Source: Actinomycetales bacterium
Lineage (GTDB): Bacteria > Actinomycetota > Actinomycetes > S36-B12 > UBA5976
Direction: 5' to 3'
NCBI GenBank assembly: GCA_018969715.1
Contig: JAGWXT010000005.1
Location: 13,263 to 77,262 of the forward strand
DNA: 64,000 bases
Below are positions 51,858 to 62,124 of this stretch, piece after piece. Within the stretch, counting starts at the first letter, position 1, and the number at the start of each line of letters is the position of its first letter. A program made the position numbers and the translations under genes. The notes below the pieces were generated by a model. That model made no database searches. It was not told the origin of the DNA and worked only from the letters and a program-made list of their open reading frames with translations.

Positions 51858-53125
51858 CGGGGGAGCCCGCGTCGCTGACCGCCCGACTGGCGGCGGCAGC
51901 CCACGCCGTTGGCGAACAGGCGCGCGCCGCCGGGCCGAGTGAGCGGTGGACGGAGTACGCGGTGGTCCTGCTTGCCGACTGCCTCGCCGCAGTCACCGCG
52001 GCTGGGGAGCGCATCCCGTCCGTGGGTGGTGTCCGCTCGATGGAACGTGCCGCTGCCCTCGCCCTCGCCGCTCACCATCAGGACCGTGACGACCTGCACT
52101 GGCGGGCTGGGGTGCACCCGGGCTCGATTATCTGGCCGGTGGTCTGCAGCGCCGACCCGGCCATCGATGCCGCCACCCGGCGAGCGGCCGCAGCAGCCGG
52201 CTATGCGGCCATGGTCGGCACGGCGCGAGTGCTCGGCCCCGCCCACGGCCGCCACTGGCACCTCACCGCCACCGCTGGCACCGCAGGTGCTGGCATGGCG
52301 GCGGCCGTGCTCGCCGGCCTCTCCCCGCAGGACTGCGCAACCGCCATGTCCCATGCCCTTGCCACGGCGGGGGGTGTGGGCCAGGTGCTCGTGGAGCGCA
52401 CTGCGGGGGCGGCGGTGAACCGGGCCGGCGCGGTGATAGGCGGGATCCTCGCGGCGCAGGCCGCCGCCGCGGGCCTCACGGCAGCCGAGCAGGTGCTCGA
52501 GGGTCCCCGAGGTCTGCTACCGGCCACCGGCGCCTGGGCTGATCGCGCCGACCCGGATGACCTCGTGCGGGCGATGTCGGAGGCGATCACGTCGATGCCC
52601 GATGCCCTGACGACCACGTCGGTGCGGCTGTATCCCACAACGGGGTTCCTGCAGTCGGCCGTGGCCGGGGTTCGCCGACTTCGGGCGCAGGTCACCGGGC
52701 AGCCGGATCGCATCCTCGTCACCCTGGCGGCGCCGGTGGCCGCCCTCACCGGTGAGCGCGGGGTTCGCGATGAGTGGTGGTCCGCACGTCGCTGCCTTGC
52801 CGCGGCGTGGCTTGCCGAAGACGTGTGGCAGGTGGCGGACCGGGCTGCCGGCCTCGACGCGGAACTGGCCTCCCTGATGGCGCGCGTGTCGGTGGTTTCC
52901 GCCGACCAGCCGCTGTGGTCGGCCGCGGTGCAATGTGAGCCGGGAGGGCAGGCCGGTGTCGCCACCACCGCTGCGGTGACCGTCGCCACCCCGCCCGGCT
53001 GGGATGCGCTCACCGACCGCGCCGGGTGCCTCGACAAGTGGACGGCGATGGGAGTGCGGCCCGAACTCGTCCTCGACCGAGCGCGCGAGCTGCTGATCGG
53101 GCCGGTGACCGCATCCGGTTGCTGA
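51854..53125 (+). CDS. MmgE/PrpD family protein
   Basis: GTGA overlap with the LacI stop. HPGSIIWP..., GYAAMVG..., HWHLTATAGTAGAGMAAAVLAGLS match the PrpD-family pattern. Confidence 0.7.
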   Translation: MTGEPASLTARLAAAAHAVGEQARAAGPSERWTEYAVVLLADCLAAVTAAGERIPSVGGVRSMERAAALALAAHHQDRDDLHWRAGVHPGSIIWPVVCSADPAIDAATRRAAAAAGYAAMVGTARVLGPAHGRHWHLTATAGTAGAGMAAAVLAGLSPQDCATAMSHALATAGGVGQVLVERTAGAAVNRAGAVIGGILAAQAAAAGLTAAEQVLEGPRGLLPATGAWADRADPDDLVRAMSEAITSMPDALTTTSVRLYPTTGFLQSAVAGVRRLRAQVTGQPDRILVTLAAPVAALTGERGVRDEWWSARRCLAAAWLAEDVWQVADRAAGLDAELASLMARVSVVSADQPLWSAAVQCEPGGQAGVATTAAVTVATPPGWDALTDRAGCLDKWTAMGVRPELVLDRARELLIGPVTASGC

Positions 53126-53262
53126 GGCCGAACCGCAGGGCCCTCCGTGCACCCGCCGGAGCCCATCGACCCTTGCTGCGGTCAAGCCCTGGGGGAGTGA
53201 ACGGGACGACGTCGCACGGAGGGCGCCTCTCACTTTAGCGGCCCACCGGGAAGAACGGGGGT

Positions 53263-53276
53263 GGTCACATGTGACC
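53263..53276. promoter_or_regulatory. perfect 14-bp palindrome GGTCACATGTGACC
   Basis: Lies in the convergent gap between the PrpD-like gene (end 53125) and the small membrane ORF (end 53299). Extends to GGTGGTCACATGTGACCGCC with one mismatch. Role unknown: TF site or short bidirectional hairpin. Confidence 0.3.
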
Positions 53277-53298
53277 GCCGGCGGTGCAACCGCCGTCG

Positions 53299-53697
53299 TC
53301 AGCGGTAGCGGCGCGCTGTCTGCCCGCCGCTGACAAGCGCCCAGGCGTAGGCGAGGGCGAAGAGAAGGCCCACCGCGATAAACCCGTAGCGGGTGACCGT
53401 CGCCGGGCCTGGTGCGAGCAGGGTGACCCCGCTCAGGCCGAGGCAGACGGCAATCATGAGCATCGCGAACCCTCGCACGGCGAACGCCGACAGCACCGTC
53501 CGGGCCATCAACAGCAGGGCCGACAGCGGGATGAGCAGCACACCCATCATCCGGAAGGCCCAGTCCGCCTCGACGCCGACTACCCCGATCAGGGTTGCGA
53601 ACAGCCCAGGCACGCTCACGAGGAACACCCCGGTCAGGCCGAAGACCACTCCGCCGGCCGCCATGACGCGCCGGATCCGGTACTGACCAACCGCCAT
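53299..53697 (-). CDS. small hydrophobic membrane protein (about 4 TM), function unknown
   Basis: 132-aa ORF, strongly hydrophobic with periodic charged loops. No recognisable motif. Confidence 0.5.
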   Translation of the reverse strand: MAVGQYRIRRVMAAGGVVFGLTGVFLVSVPGLFATLIGVVGVEADWAFRMMGVLLIPLSALLLMARTVLSAFAVRGFAMLMIAVCLGLSGVTLLAPGPATVTRYGFIAVGLLFALAYAWALVSGGQTARRYR

Positions 53698-53741
53698 GGG
53701 CGCCTACGGTACTGCGCGCCGGCCACGGTACGGCGCGACGC

Positions 53742-54743
53742 CTATGGCACGCCGTCGGCGGGTTGATGTGGGCGCATCCCTCGGGGTGCCGGCGCCAGTC
53801 GTGCGAGATCGGCCAGCACGACCCCGGTGAGGACGAGCAGTCCGCCGAGGATCTGCAGTGCGGTGATCACCTCGCCAAGGACGAGGTACGCGACCGTCGC
53901 GGCGACGACCGGTTCCAGCATCGCAATCACCACTGCCTGTCGCGCGGGCAGGTAGCGCAGAGCGGTGAACGTCACCAGAAAGGGCAGAAAGGTCCCAAGC
54001 ACGATCACCCAGCCAACGGAGAGCCACAGCGGACCAGCCAGCCACGGCAGGGCATCCGATCCGATCGGTTGGCTCAGCTGCTGCCAGGGGACCGTCCACG
54101 GCGGGGTGAGAAACGCCATGGCGACAGCACCGGCAGTCATCGCCCAGGCAGCGGTTGCAACGGGACTGCGCTGACGCACATAGTGCTCGCCGCCGATGAA
54201 GTACAGGGCCAGTGACACCGCCGCACCGGCAGCGGCGAGCACGCCCACTGGATCCAGGGTGGGGCCCTGCCACAGATCGGTCACGAGGGTCAGGCCCACC
54301 ATGGCAAGGGCCAGAGCGAGCCAGACGAGCCGGCGGACCGGCTGATGCTGGACGATGCGCACCCACAGGGCCACCATCACCGGCGCGCTGAACTCGATCA
54401 CAAGGGCAACGGCGATGGGCATGCGCGTGATGGCGATGAAGTAGAGAACCTGGGTGAGCGCGACACCGGCGATGCCGTAGCCGGCGAGCAGCGGCAGTTC
54501 CTGCAGCCGGATGCGCAGATCCCCCGGCGTCATCACCGCGGCTGCGATCATCAGCAGCACCGCGGCGCCGGTGATCCGCAGCGCCGACAACTGCAGCGGA
54601 CCGATCCCGGTAAGCAGGATTCCCTTTGCGACGGTGCCGTTGACGGCAAAGAGGACCACGCCGATGAGTGCCAGGGCGTACCCCCATGGCACGCGGGTGC
54701 CCGCAGTGGCCGGGCTGGCCACTGCCATGACCGGTTCGCTCAC
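53742..54743 (-). CDS. EamA/DMT-family transporter
   Basis: 333 aa with about 10 TM stretches in two EamA-like halves. 4-nt overlap with the upstream glgA-like gene. Confidence 0.7.
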   Translation of the reverse strand: MSEPVMAVASPATAGTRVPWGYALALIGVVLFAVNGTVAKGILLTGIGPLQLSALRITGAAVLLMIAAAVMTPGDLRIRLQELPLLAGYGIAGVALTQVLYFIAITRMPIAVALVIEFSAPVMVALWVRIVQHQPVRRLVWLALALAMVGLTLVTDLWQGPTLDPVGVLAAAGAAVSLALYFIGGEHYVRQRSPVATAAWAMTAGAVAMAFLTPPWTVPWQQLSQPIGSDALPWLAGPLWLSVGWVIVLGTFLPFLVTFTALRYLPARQAVVIAMLEPVVAATVAYLVLGEVITALQILGGLLVLTGVVLADLARLAPAPRGMRPHQPADGVP

Positions 54744-55909
54744 CCAGCGGCCTCAAGGGCGGAGCGGTAGACGTCCACCGTGCGGGCGGCAATGGCCGCC
54801 CATCCGAAGTCCGCGACTGCCCGCTGCCGGCCGGCGACACCGAGTCGGTGTGCGCGCTGTGGGTCGGCGATGAGGTCATTGACGGTGGTGGCAAGCTCCG
54901 CGGCGTATTCGTCCATGGCAGCCGGATCACTGCGGAGCAGGATTCCGGTGCGGCCGTCGGCGACTACCTCCGGAATCCCGCCGACCCGGCTGGCGATGAC
55001 CGCGGTACCGCATGCCATGGCCTCGAGGTTGACGATTCCCAGCGGCTCGTAGATCGAGGGGCAGATGAACGCGGTCGCGTGGCTGAAGAACTGGAGCAGA
55101 TCCGGCCGGGAAACCTGCTCGCCGACCCAGAACACCCCCGATCGCGCGCGCTGGAGCCGCTCGATCGTGCGACCAACCGAGTCACCAAGTTCGGGGGTGT
55201 CCGGAGTGGCGGCGATCAGCACCACCTGCACGGCCGGATCGAAGTGGGCGGCCGCCGCCAGCAGCAGCTCGATGCCCTTCTGCCGGGTGATTCGTCCCAC
55301 GAAGAGGACGTAGGGCCGGTGCGGGTCCACCCCGAGCTGGGTGAGGGCGGTGGCATCGGCGGTCGGCCGCACCGCGACGGTGTCGATGCCGTTGTGCACG
55401 ACATGGACGCGTAGCGGGTCGACCTGCGGATAGACCGCAGCGATATCCCGTGCCATCCCCTCGCTCACGGCGATGATCGCAGCCGCCTGCGCGTAGGCGG
55501 ACTGCTCGATCCACTGCGATACCCGGTACCCGTCCCCGAGCTGCTCCGCCTTCCATGGCCGCAGCGGCTCCAAGGAGTGGGCGGTGATCACGTGCGGCAC
55601 CCCCATCAGCCGACTCGCGAGGTCTCCGGCGAAGTTCGTGTACCAGGTATGGGAGTGGACGATGTCGGCGCCGCTGTGCTCGATGGCAGCGCACATCTGC
55701 AGGTCGACCGCCAGGACACCGAGGACGGACACGGCATTGCGCAGGTTCGCCGGCACCTGGTGTCCCAGCGCCCCCTCGCGGTTCACCCCGAAGGTTTGGA
55801 CGTCCACGTCCACCAGAGCGGCAAGGTGGACGACCAACTGCTCAACGTGCACGCCAGCGCCGCCGTAGACATCCGGTGGCCATTCGCGGGTCAGGACGGA
55901 CGCGCGCAC
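54740..55909 (-). CDS. glgA: actinobacterial GT4 glycogen synthase (GlgA; ortholog type renamed GlgM in mycobacteria)
   Basis: GTG start. MRASVLTREWPPDVYGGAGVHVEQL... and C-terminal GT-B motifs (CPSIYEPLGIVNLEAMACG). Divergent from glgC, as in other Actinomycetota. Confidence 0.8.
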   Translation of the reverse strand: MRASVLTREWPPDVYGGAGVHVEQLVVHLAALVDVDVQTFGVNREGALGHQVPANLRNAVSVLGVLAVDLQMCAAIEHSGADIVHSHTWYTNFAGDLASRLMGVPHVITAHSLEPLRPWKAEQLGDGYRVSQWIEQSAYAQAAAIIAVSEGMARDIAAVYPQVDPLRVHVVHNGIDTVAVRPTADATALTQLGVDPHRPYVLFVGRITRQKGIELLLAAAAHFDPAVQVVLIAATPDTPELGDSVGRTIERLQRARSGVFWVGEQVSRPDLLQFFSHATAFICPSIYEPLGIVNLEAMACGTAVIASRVGGIPEVVADGRTGILLRSDPAAMDEYAAELATTVNDLIADPQRAHRLGVAGRQRAVADFGWAAIAARTVDVYRSALEAAG

Positions 55910-55991
55910 ACCGCCACACTATTGGCCGCGCCGCCGCAGCAGTTTGCACCCGGAACGCCCCGGCGGGGCCCGACCGCAGTAGGTTGCATAG

Positions 55992-57215
55992 GTGACCACC
56001 CAGCCGCGGGTGCTCGCCCTCGTCCTCGCCGGGGGGGAGGGCAAGCGGCTGATGCCGCTCACCGCCGACCGGGCCAAGCCCGCCGTCCCATTCGGGGGCA
56101 GTTACCGGCTGGTCGACTTCGTGCTGTCCAATCTGGTCAACGCCGGCTACCTGCGCATCGGCGTCCTCACCCAGTTCAAGTCCCACTCCCTGGATCGTCA
56201 CATCACCACGAGCTGGCCGTTGTCGCCGCTTACCGGTGACTACATCACGCCGGTCCCTGCTCAGCAGCGACTCGGTCCACGCTGGTACTCCGGCAGCGCC
56301 GACGCGATCCTGCAGAGCCTCAACCTCGTCCACGATGAGGACCCGGCGATCGTGCTGGTCTTCGGGGCCGACCATGTTTATCGAATGGATCCCCGCCAGA
56401 TGGTGGAGCACCACCTGGCCACCGGGGCCGGCCTCACCGTGGCCGTGCAGACGGTGCCGCGGGAGCAGGCGCACGCCTTCGGGGTGGTGCAGATCGAGCC
56501 GGGAACAACGCGGATTGCCCGGTTCTGCGAGAAGCCGGTGGACCCGCCGACGCTGCCTTCAGATCCAGACCGGTGCCTGGTGTCGATGGGCAACTACGTC
56601 TTCACGACAGCCACCCTGATCGATGCCCTGCGTGCCGATGCCGCCGACGAGGCCTCGATCCACGACTTGGGTACGAACATCGTGCCGCTGCTGGTGGCGC
56701 AGCAGGCGGCGCACGTCTATCGCTTCGAGGACAATGTCGTGCCTGGGGCGACTGCCCGAGACCATGGCTACTGGCGCGATGTCGGAACCCTCGACTCCTA
56801 CCACGATGCGAACATGGACCTGGTCTCGATTCACCCCGTGTTCAACCTCTACAACCGCGAGTGGCCGATCCTCACGACCTCGCGGGCACTGCCGCCGGCG
56901 AAGTTCGTCGGCGGCGGGGTGGCGCATGAGTCGATCGTCGGCCCCGGAGCGATCATCGCCGGTGCTCATGTGCGCCACTCGGTTGTCGCCGCCTCGGTCC
57001 GGATCGAGCCGGGTGCCTTCGTGGAGGGGTCCGTGCTGATGGACGGCGTCTACATCGGCCGCAATGCCGTCGTGCGCCGGGCGATCCTCGACAAGGGGGT
57101 GGTCGTCAGCGAGAACGCCCAGATCGGCGTGGACCCGGTGGCGGATGCGATCTCCGCGACGGTCAGCCCGGGCGGGGTGGTCGCGGTCGGCAAGGGGATC
57201 CGGGTCGTCACCTGA
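55992..57215 (+). CDS. glgC: glucose-1-phosphate adenylyltransferase
   Basis: [43 protein letters not shown] is the canonical GlgC N-terminus. 407 aa. Confidence 0.9.
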   Translation: MTTQPRVLALVLAGGEGKRLMPLTADRAKPAVPFGGSYRLVDFVLSNLVNAGYLRIGVLTQFKSHSLDRHITTSWPLSPLTGDYITPVPAQQRLGPRWYSGSADAILQSLNLVHDEDPAIVLVFGADHVYRMDPRQMVEHHLATGAGLTVAVQTVPREQAHAFGVVQIEPGTTRIARFCEKPVDPPTLPSDPDRCLVSMGNYVFTTATLIDALRADAADEASIHDLGTNIVPLLVAQQAAHVYRFEDNVVPGATARDHGYWRDVGTLDSYHDANMDLVSIHPVFNLYNREWPILTTSRALPPAKFVGGGVAHESIVGPGAIIAGAHVRHSVVAASVRIEPGAFVEGSVLMDGVYIGRNAVVRRAILDKGVVVSENAQIGVDPVADAISATVSPGGVVAVGKGIRVVT

Positions 57216-57283
57216 GCACCGCCGCTGAGCCGACCCAACGGGGAACCGGGAAATCAGCGGCCTAGCCGCCGGGAACCGTGGGG

Positions 57284-59380
57284 CTAGCGGCCGACCCGCA
57301 GATGCTTGCGGCGGATCAGCGCCTCCTGAAGATCAAGCAGTGGCTCCCCATCGGCGTCAACCAACTGTCGCAGCCAGGTGCCATCGGGCTGGAGATGCCA
57401 AGCGGATGTGCCCGGATCGAATGCGCAATCGAACAGCCAGCCCAGGTAGGCGCGGTGCTCCGGTGAGCGCAGGCAGACGAGGGCCTCCACTCGCCGGTCC
57501 AGGTTTCGGTGCATGAGGTCCGCACTGCCGATCCACACCTGGGGGTCCCCACCGTTGGCAAACTCGAAGATCCGCGAGTGCTCCAGGAACCGGCCCAACA
57601 CGCTGCGGACCCGGATCCGCTCACTCAAGCCCGCGACACCCGGCCGGAGTGAGCAGGTGCCGCGTACCCACACGTCAACCGGCACCCCGGCCGCCGCCGC
57701 GCGATAGAGCGCGTCGATGATCTGCTCATCGCTGATGGCGTTGCACTTGAACCGGATTCGCGCCGGCTGACCGGCGCGGTGGTTGTCGATCTCCGCGTCG
57801 ATGGCAGCGATCAGACCGGCGCGGACGGACTGCGGTGCGACGAGCAGGCGGCGGTAGTCGCTGGTCGAGGAGTACCCCGACAGTCGGTTGAACAACCGAG
57901 ACACATCATCGGCCACCGTGGCATCGGTTGTCAGCAGGCCGAGATCCTCGTACAGCCGAGCGGTCTTGGGATGGTAGTTGCCGGTGCCGATGTGGACATA
58001 GCGGCGTAGCACGCTGCCCTCCTGGCGTACCACCATCGACAGCTTGGCGTGTGTCTTCAGGCCGACGATCCCATAGACGACGTGGACCCCGACCTCCTCC
58101 AGCTTGCGCGCCCACGAGATGTTCGCCTCCTCATCGAAGCGCGCCTTGATCTCCACCAGTGCGAGCACCTGCTTGCCCGCCTCCGCCGCGGCGATCAGTG
58201 CACTCACGATGGGGGAGTCCCCGCTCGTGCGATACAGGGTCTGCTTGATCGCGAGGACATCCGGATCGGTCGCGGCCTGCTCGAGGAATCGCTGGACGCT
58301 CGTGGCGAAGGAGTCATATGGATGGTGCAGCAGGATGTCGTGGCGGCGCATTGCCTCGAGCACATCCGGGGGGGAGGCACTCTCGATGTCGGTGATGCCG
58401 GGCGAGGTGCGGGGCTGGAAGGCGGGAGCCTTCAGGTCCTCGCGGTTGAGGGCGTGGAGATCCCACAGCCCGCGCAGGTCGAGTGGCCATTCGAGGTGAA
58501 AGACCGCGTCATGGTCGATGTCCAGTTCCCGCATGAGCAGGTCCAGGACGTGCGCATCGATGCTGCGCTCAACCTCCAGCCGCACCGGTGGTCCGAAGCG
58601 ACGGCGGGTCAGCTCCTTCGCCATCGCCTGCAGCAGGTTCTCCGCATCATCCTCCTCGACCTCGACGTCCTCATTGCGGGTCACCCGGAAGGTCTGGTGC
58701 TGGATCACCGTCATCCCGGGGAACAGCAACGTGAGGTGGGCGGCAATGACGTCCTCGAGTGGAACGAAGCGCTGCGTACCGATGCGCAGGAAACGAGGCA
58801 GCAGGGGGGGCACCTTGACCCGCGCGAAGAGATCCTCCTCGGTGTTCGGATTGCGAACGACAACCGCGAGGTTCAGCGACAGTCCGGAGATGTAGGGGAA
58901 AGGGTGCGCGGGGTCGACTGCCAGCGGGGTGAGGATCGGAAAGACGCGCTCACGAAAGATGTGCGCGGCCTCATCCTGCTCAGTAGTGGACAGCTCATGC
59001 CAGCGCAGCAGTTCAATGCCCTGCACCTGCAGGGCGGGACGAACCTCGTTGTTGAAGACAGCCACATGCTCACCCATGAGGACCCGGCTCGATTGCAGGA
59101 CCTCAGCGAGCAGGTCGCGGGGGAGTCGTCCGCTCGTGGAGCGCACGGCGATCCCCGCCTCAATGCGCCGACGCAGTCCCGCAACCCGGACCATGAAGAA
59201 CTCGTCAAGGTTGCTGGCGAAGATCGCAAGGAACTTGGCGCGCTCCAGAAGTGGGCTGGCTGGATCACGGGCGAGGTCGAGTACCCGGTTGTTGAATGCC
59301 AGCCAGGAAAGTTCCCGATCGAGGTAGCGCTCGGCGATGATCGCCCCGCGGGTCGGTGACGCGTCGATGATCGCCGTCAC
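57284..59380 (-). CDS. ppk: polyphosphate kinase 1
   Basis: 698 aa. [17 protein letters not shown] start and two PLD-like C-terminal domains (HAKLSMVVR..., [14 protein letters not shown]). Confidence 0.9.
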   Translation of the reverse strand: MTAIIDASPTRGAIIAERYLDRELSWLAFNNRVLDLARDPASPLLERAKFLAIFASNLDEFFMVRVAGLRRRIEAGIAVRSTSGRLPRDLLAEVLQSSRVLMGEHVAVFNNEVRPALQVQGIELLRWHELSTTEQDEAAHIFRERVFPILTPLAVDPAHPFPYISGLSLNLAVVVRNPNTEEDLFARVKVPPLLPRFLRIGTQRFVPLEDVIAAHLTLLFPGMTVIQHQTFRVTRNEDVEVEEDDAENLLQAMAKELTRRRFGPPVRLEVERSIDAHVLDLLMRELDIDHDAVFHLEWPLDLRGLWDLHALNREDLKAPAFQPRTSPGITDIESASPPDVLEAMRRHDILLHHPYDSFATSVQRFLEQAATDPDVLAIKQTLYRTSGDSPIVSALIAAAEAGKQVLALVEIKARFDEEANISWARKLEEVGVHVVYGIVGLKTHAKLSMVVRQEGSVLRRYVHIGTGNYHPKTARLYEDLGLLTTDATVADDVSRLFNRLSGYSSTSDYRRLLVAPQSVRAGLIAAIDAEIDNHRAGQPARIRFKCNAISDEQIIDALYRAAAAGVPVDVWVRGTCSLRPGVAGLSERIRVRSVLGRFLEHSRIFEFANGGDPQVWIGSADLMHRNLDRRVEALVCLRSPEHRAYLGWLFDCAFDPGTSAWHLQPDGTWLRQLVDADGEPLLDLQEALIRRKHLRVGR

Positions 59381-59392
59381 AGCCGCAGTCTC

Positions 59393-60490
59393 TCACGCCG
59401 GGGCGGCGGGGGTTCCGGGGTGGCTGGCGGTGTAGAGCGTGTCGCGCTCCGTCTCGATGAACCCCACTCGCCGATAAAGCCGGATGGCCGCGGTGTTGGC
59501 CTGGTCGACGTAGAGCAGTGCCGCGGTCATGCCCCGGTTGCGCAGATACTGCAGTCCCCGCATGACCAGCGTGGTGCCCAGTCCGCTGCCGCGGGCGGCA
59601 GCATCGATGGCGAGCACGTACACCTCCCCCACCGGATCGGCGCTGGGGTGGTCGTGGTTGGCGCTGGGGTGGTCGTGGTTGGCGTTGGGGTGGTCGTGGT
59701 CGGCGCTGGGGTGGTCGCGGTCACGCGGCGACCGGTCATGGTGACGGTGCCCATGGCCATCCCCCTGGGCATGAACTTTCGTCCAGTGGAATCCCAGCAG
59801 ATGGTCGGGATCATCGGCGGCTACCGCCAACAGGAATCCCTCAGGATCGAACCAGTCCTGTGCCATCCGCAGACGGAGATCAGCCGGACCCCAGCCACCC
59901 TGATCGGGCAAGTCCGCGAAGGCCTGGGCGTTCAGTGCGAGCACCCGCTCCTCATCGCGGCCGGGTTGGAAGGCGCGAATGTGCACATCGGGCAGGGGAT
60001 CGGTCGTCCTGCCCGCGGGCAGGTCGATCAGTGATCGGCGCATCACCAACAGCACCCGCAGCGGCCGGAACCCGCAGGCATCGGCCAGCCGGGCCGCTGC
60101 CGGCAGGTCACCGTGTGCCCACAGTCGCAGGGGCAGCGGGGCATTCCGCTGCTGCAGGTGGGCGATGACCGCCCGCCCGATGCCGGCGCCGCGGGCGACT
60201 GGATCGACCACGCACTCGGCTGCCGGGCCGTCGGCTGCATCGCACTGGGCGTATCCCACGATCACCCCAGCGCGGCGCACGAGGGTGTGGGTGATGCCCG
60301 CGGTCGCTCCGCCGCGAAGGTGCAGGCGCACATGCTCGCAGAGCGGATCCACCCCATCGGCTGCCGCAGCACGTCCCACGATGGCGAGCACGGCAGCGAC
60401 CTCAGTGTCGGTCAGCGCTGGGGAATCGTCCACGGTCAGCCCACGGGCGGGGTCATCGAGCGCTCCCGGTGCCGGCAGCGGCCGGCTCAT
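59393..60490 (-). CDS. mshD: mycothiol synthase (double-GNAT) carrying a His-rich repeat insertion
   Basis: [36 protein letters not shown] and RLYRRVGF motifs. 365 aa because of an internal repeat (see 59639-59722). Confidence 0.85.
   Translation of the reverse strand: MSRPLPAPGALDDPARGLTVDDSPALTDTEVAAVLAIVGRAAAADGVDPLCEHVRLHLRGGATAGITHTLVRRAGVIVGYAQCDAADGPAAECVVDPVARGAGIGRAVIAHLQQRNAPLPLRLWAHGDLPAAARLADACGFRPLRVLLVMRRSLIDLPAGRTTDPLPDVHIRAFQPGRDEERVLALNAQAFADLPDQGGWGPADLRLRMAQDWFDPEGFLLAVAADDPDHLLGFHWTKVHAQGDGHGHRHHDRSPRDRDHPSADHDHPNANHDHPSANHDHPSADPVGEVYVLAIDAAARGSGLGTTLVMRGLQYLRNRGMTAALLYVDQANTAAIRLYRRVGFIETERDTLYTASHPGTPAAPA
59639..59722. repeat. 4 x 21-bp in-frame tandem repeat inside mshD
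   Basis: GGCGCTGGGGTGGTCGTGGTT-like units at 59639, 59660, 59681 and 59702. On the coding strand they encode [21 protein letters not shown] heptads. Confidence 0.9.
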
Positions 60491-61194
60491 GACGGCTCTT
60501 CCGTCCCAGTTGCGCTGAGGTCCTGCTGGAACCGGTAGCCGACATTGCGCACCGTGCCGATCAGCGCCTCATGCTCGGTGCCGAGCTTCGCCCGCAGCCG
60601 CCGCACATGCACGTCCACCGTGCGCGTCCCGCCGAAGTAGTCGAAGCCCCACACCTCCTGCAGCAACTGGGCTCGGGTGAAGACGCGACTGGGATGGTGG
60701 GCGAGGAAGCGCAGCAGCTCGAACTCCTTGTACGTCAGGTCGAGCAACTGGCCGCTGAGCCGGACGGTGTAGGCCGCCTCGTCGATGATCAGCTCACCCC
60801 GGCGGATCAGCTCATCTTCGGGTGTGACCCGCTGCCGACTGCGACCGATCACCAGGCGCAGCCGAGCGTCCACTTCCGCGGGTCCCGCCGTGGGCAGGAT
60901 GACGTCGTCGACACCCCAGTCGGCCGAGACCGCGACCAGTCCACCCTCGGCGAGCACCAGCACCACCGGCAGCAGCAGGCCGGTTGCCCGGATCAGCCGA
61001 CAAATCGCCCGGGCACCAGTGAGGTCGCGCTGGGCGTCGACGAGGACGGCATCACCGGTACTTGGCAGGTTGAGCAGGGCGGCAGGCTCCGCGGGAATCG
61101 CCACGATGGTGTGGCCCAGTAAGCCCAAGGCGGGCAGTGGTTCGGTGTCGGCGCCCGGGGGGCCAAGCAGAATGAGGTGATACACCGTTCCCAC
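60487..61194 (-). CDS. OmpR/PhoB-type winged-helix regulator with a degenerate receiver domain (GlnR-like orphan)
   Basis: The C-terminus [51 protein letters not shown]...TVRNVGYRF is canonical. The N-terminal domain lacks the acidic DD pair and the conserved Lys context. Adjacent to mshD, as GlnR is in mycobacteria (from memory). Confidence 0.7.
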   Translation of the reverse strand: MGTVYHLILLGPPGADTEPLPALGLLGHTIVAIPAEPAALLNLPSTGDAVLVDAQRDLTGARAICRLIRATGLLLPVVLVLAEGGLVAVSADWGVDDVILPTAGPAEVDARLRLVIGRSRQRVTPEDELIRRGELIIDEAAYTVRLSGQLLDLTYKEFELLRFLAHHPSRVFTRAQLLQEVWGFDYFGGTRTVDVHVRRLRAKLGTEHEALIGTVRNVGYRFQQDLSATGTEEPS

Positions 61195-61557
61195 TCAGTA
61201 CACGAGCGCCCGAGCGCCCTCAGCCATGATCTCGTCGACGAAGCTCGCCGCCCCCGCAAGCCGGACGTCGGCCAGCAGATCTGCCTCGGTGATCCCTCGG
61301 CGGGCAGCGCAGGGAGCGCACACGGTCACCCGGCCGACTGCGCGAACGGTGGCGAGCAGATCATTGGGGTCCGCCGCCTCGGGTAGCGCGGTGAGCTCCC
61401 CGGTGCCACCGGGGGTGCCCAAGCGCACGCAATCACCGGCGAGCCACAGTGAGACCTCATGCCCACCGGCGACGGCGGCGGCCGCCACCGCGAGCGCCTG
61501 GCCGATGCGCTCGGCATCTGCCAGCGGTGCGGAGACCTTGACGCAGAGCGTGCCCAC
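61195..61557 (-). CDS. DsrE/DsrF-like sulfur-relay family protein (tentative)
   Basis: Track ORF 61195-61680 trimmed to GTG 61557. ~120 aa: VGTLCVKVSAP...VSLWLAGDCV...VTVCAPCAARRGI, a DsrE-like pattern. Confidence 0.5.
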   Translation of the reverse strand: MGTLCVKVSAPLADAERIGQALAVAAAAVAGGHEVSLWLAGDCVRLGTPGGTGELTALPEAADPNDLLATVRAVGRVTVCAPCAARRGITEADLLADVRLAGAASFVDEIMAEGARALVY

Positions 61558-61560
61558 CCT

Positions 61561-62124
61561 GTGCAGACTAACGTTCGAGATGTGGCAGACGGTGTTCCGG
61601 TGGGCCTGCGGTGGCTGCTTGGGATGTGGGAGGGCACCGGGCAGTCGGCGGCGGGAGTCGCCGGTCCGGCAGCCTTCCATTCACGGCTGCACATCACCGC
61701 CGCCGGGCAGGGTCTACTGCGCCATGATGCGTCGCGGTGGGCACTGACGGCGGACGCCGAGCCTGCGGAGCTGGTCGCATCGGAGAGCGGTTTCTGGCGT
61801 GCGGGCAGTACGCGTGAGGGGACGCTCGCCACCGTCGAGGTCGTCCTCACCGATGGTGAGGGCACCGCGGCGGCCTGGACGGGAATCACAGAGGTGCTGG
61901 GAATTGACGCTGAGGCAATCACCTCCGCCCGGGTCCGCCTCGTCACCGATGCCGTCGCCCGCACGCCCACGGCACCGCCGGTCGCTGGTGGCGAACGGCT
62001 CTACGGACTGTTCAACGGCACCCTGATGTGGACCGAGGATGTCGCCACCGATGATGCCCCCCTCGTGAACGTCCGCTGGGGTCAGTTGAGCCGTCGAGAA
62101 TCCCCTATCGATGCCGACCGGTGA
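61561..62124 (+). CDS. FABP-like / nitrobindin-type beta-barrel protein (DUF1794)
   Basis: Track ORF 61459-62124 trimmed to GTG 61561. LRWLLGMWEGTG... is the family N-terminal signature (from memory). The start is uncertain. Confidence 0.55.
   Translation: MQTNVRDVADGVPVGLRWLLGMWEGTGQSAAGVAGPAAFHSRLHITAAGQGLLRHDASRWALTADAEPAELVASESGFWRAGSTREGTLATVEVVLTDGEGTAAAWTGITEVLGIDAEAITSARVRLVTDAVARTPTAPPVAGGERLYGLFNGTLMWTEDVATDDAPLVNVRWGQLSRRESPIDADR

Noticed and set aside
58049-59359. 436-aa plus-strand ORF inside ppk1.
   Set aside because: It is opposite a canonical polyphosphate kinase reading frame. It has no motifs and is a high-GC antisense artefact. The same reasoning applies to 571-1446(-), 4239-5234(-), 24750-25769(-), 38128-38934(-), 40599-41549(-), 49210-50229(-) and 52201-53166(-).
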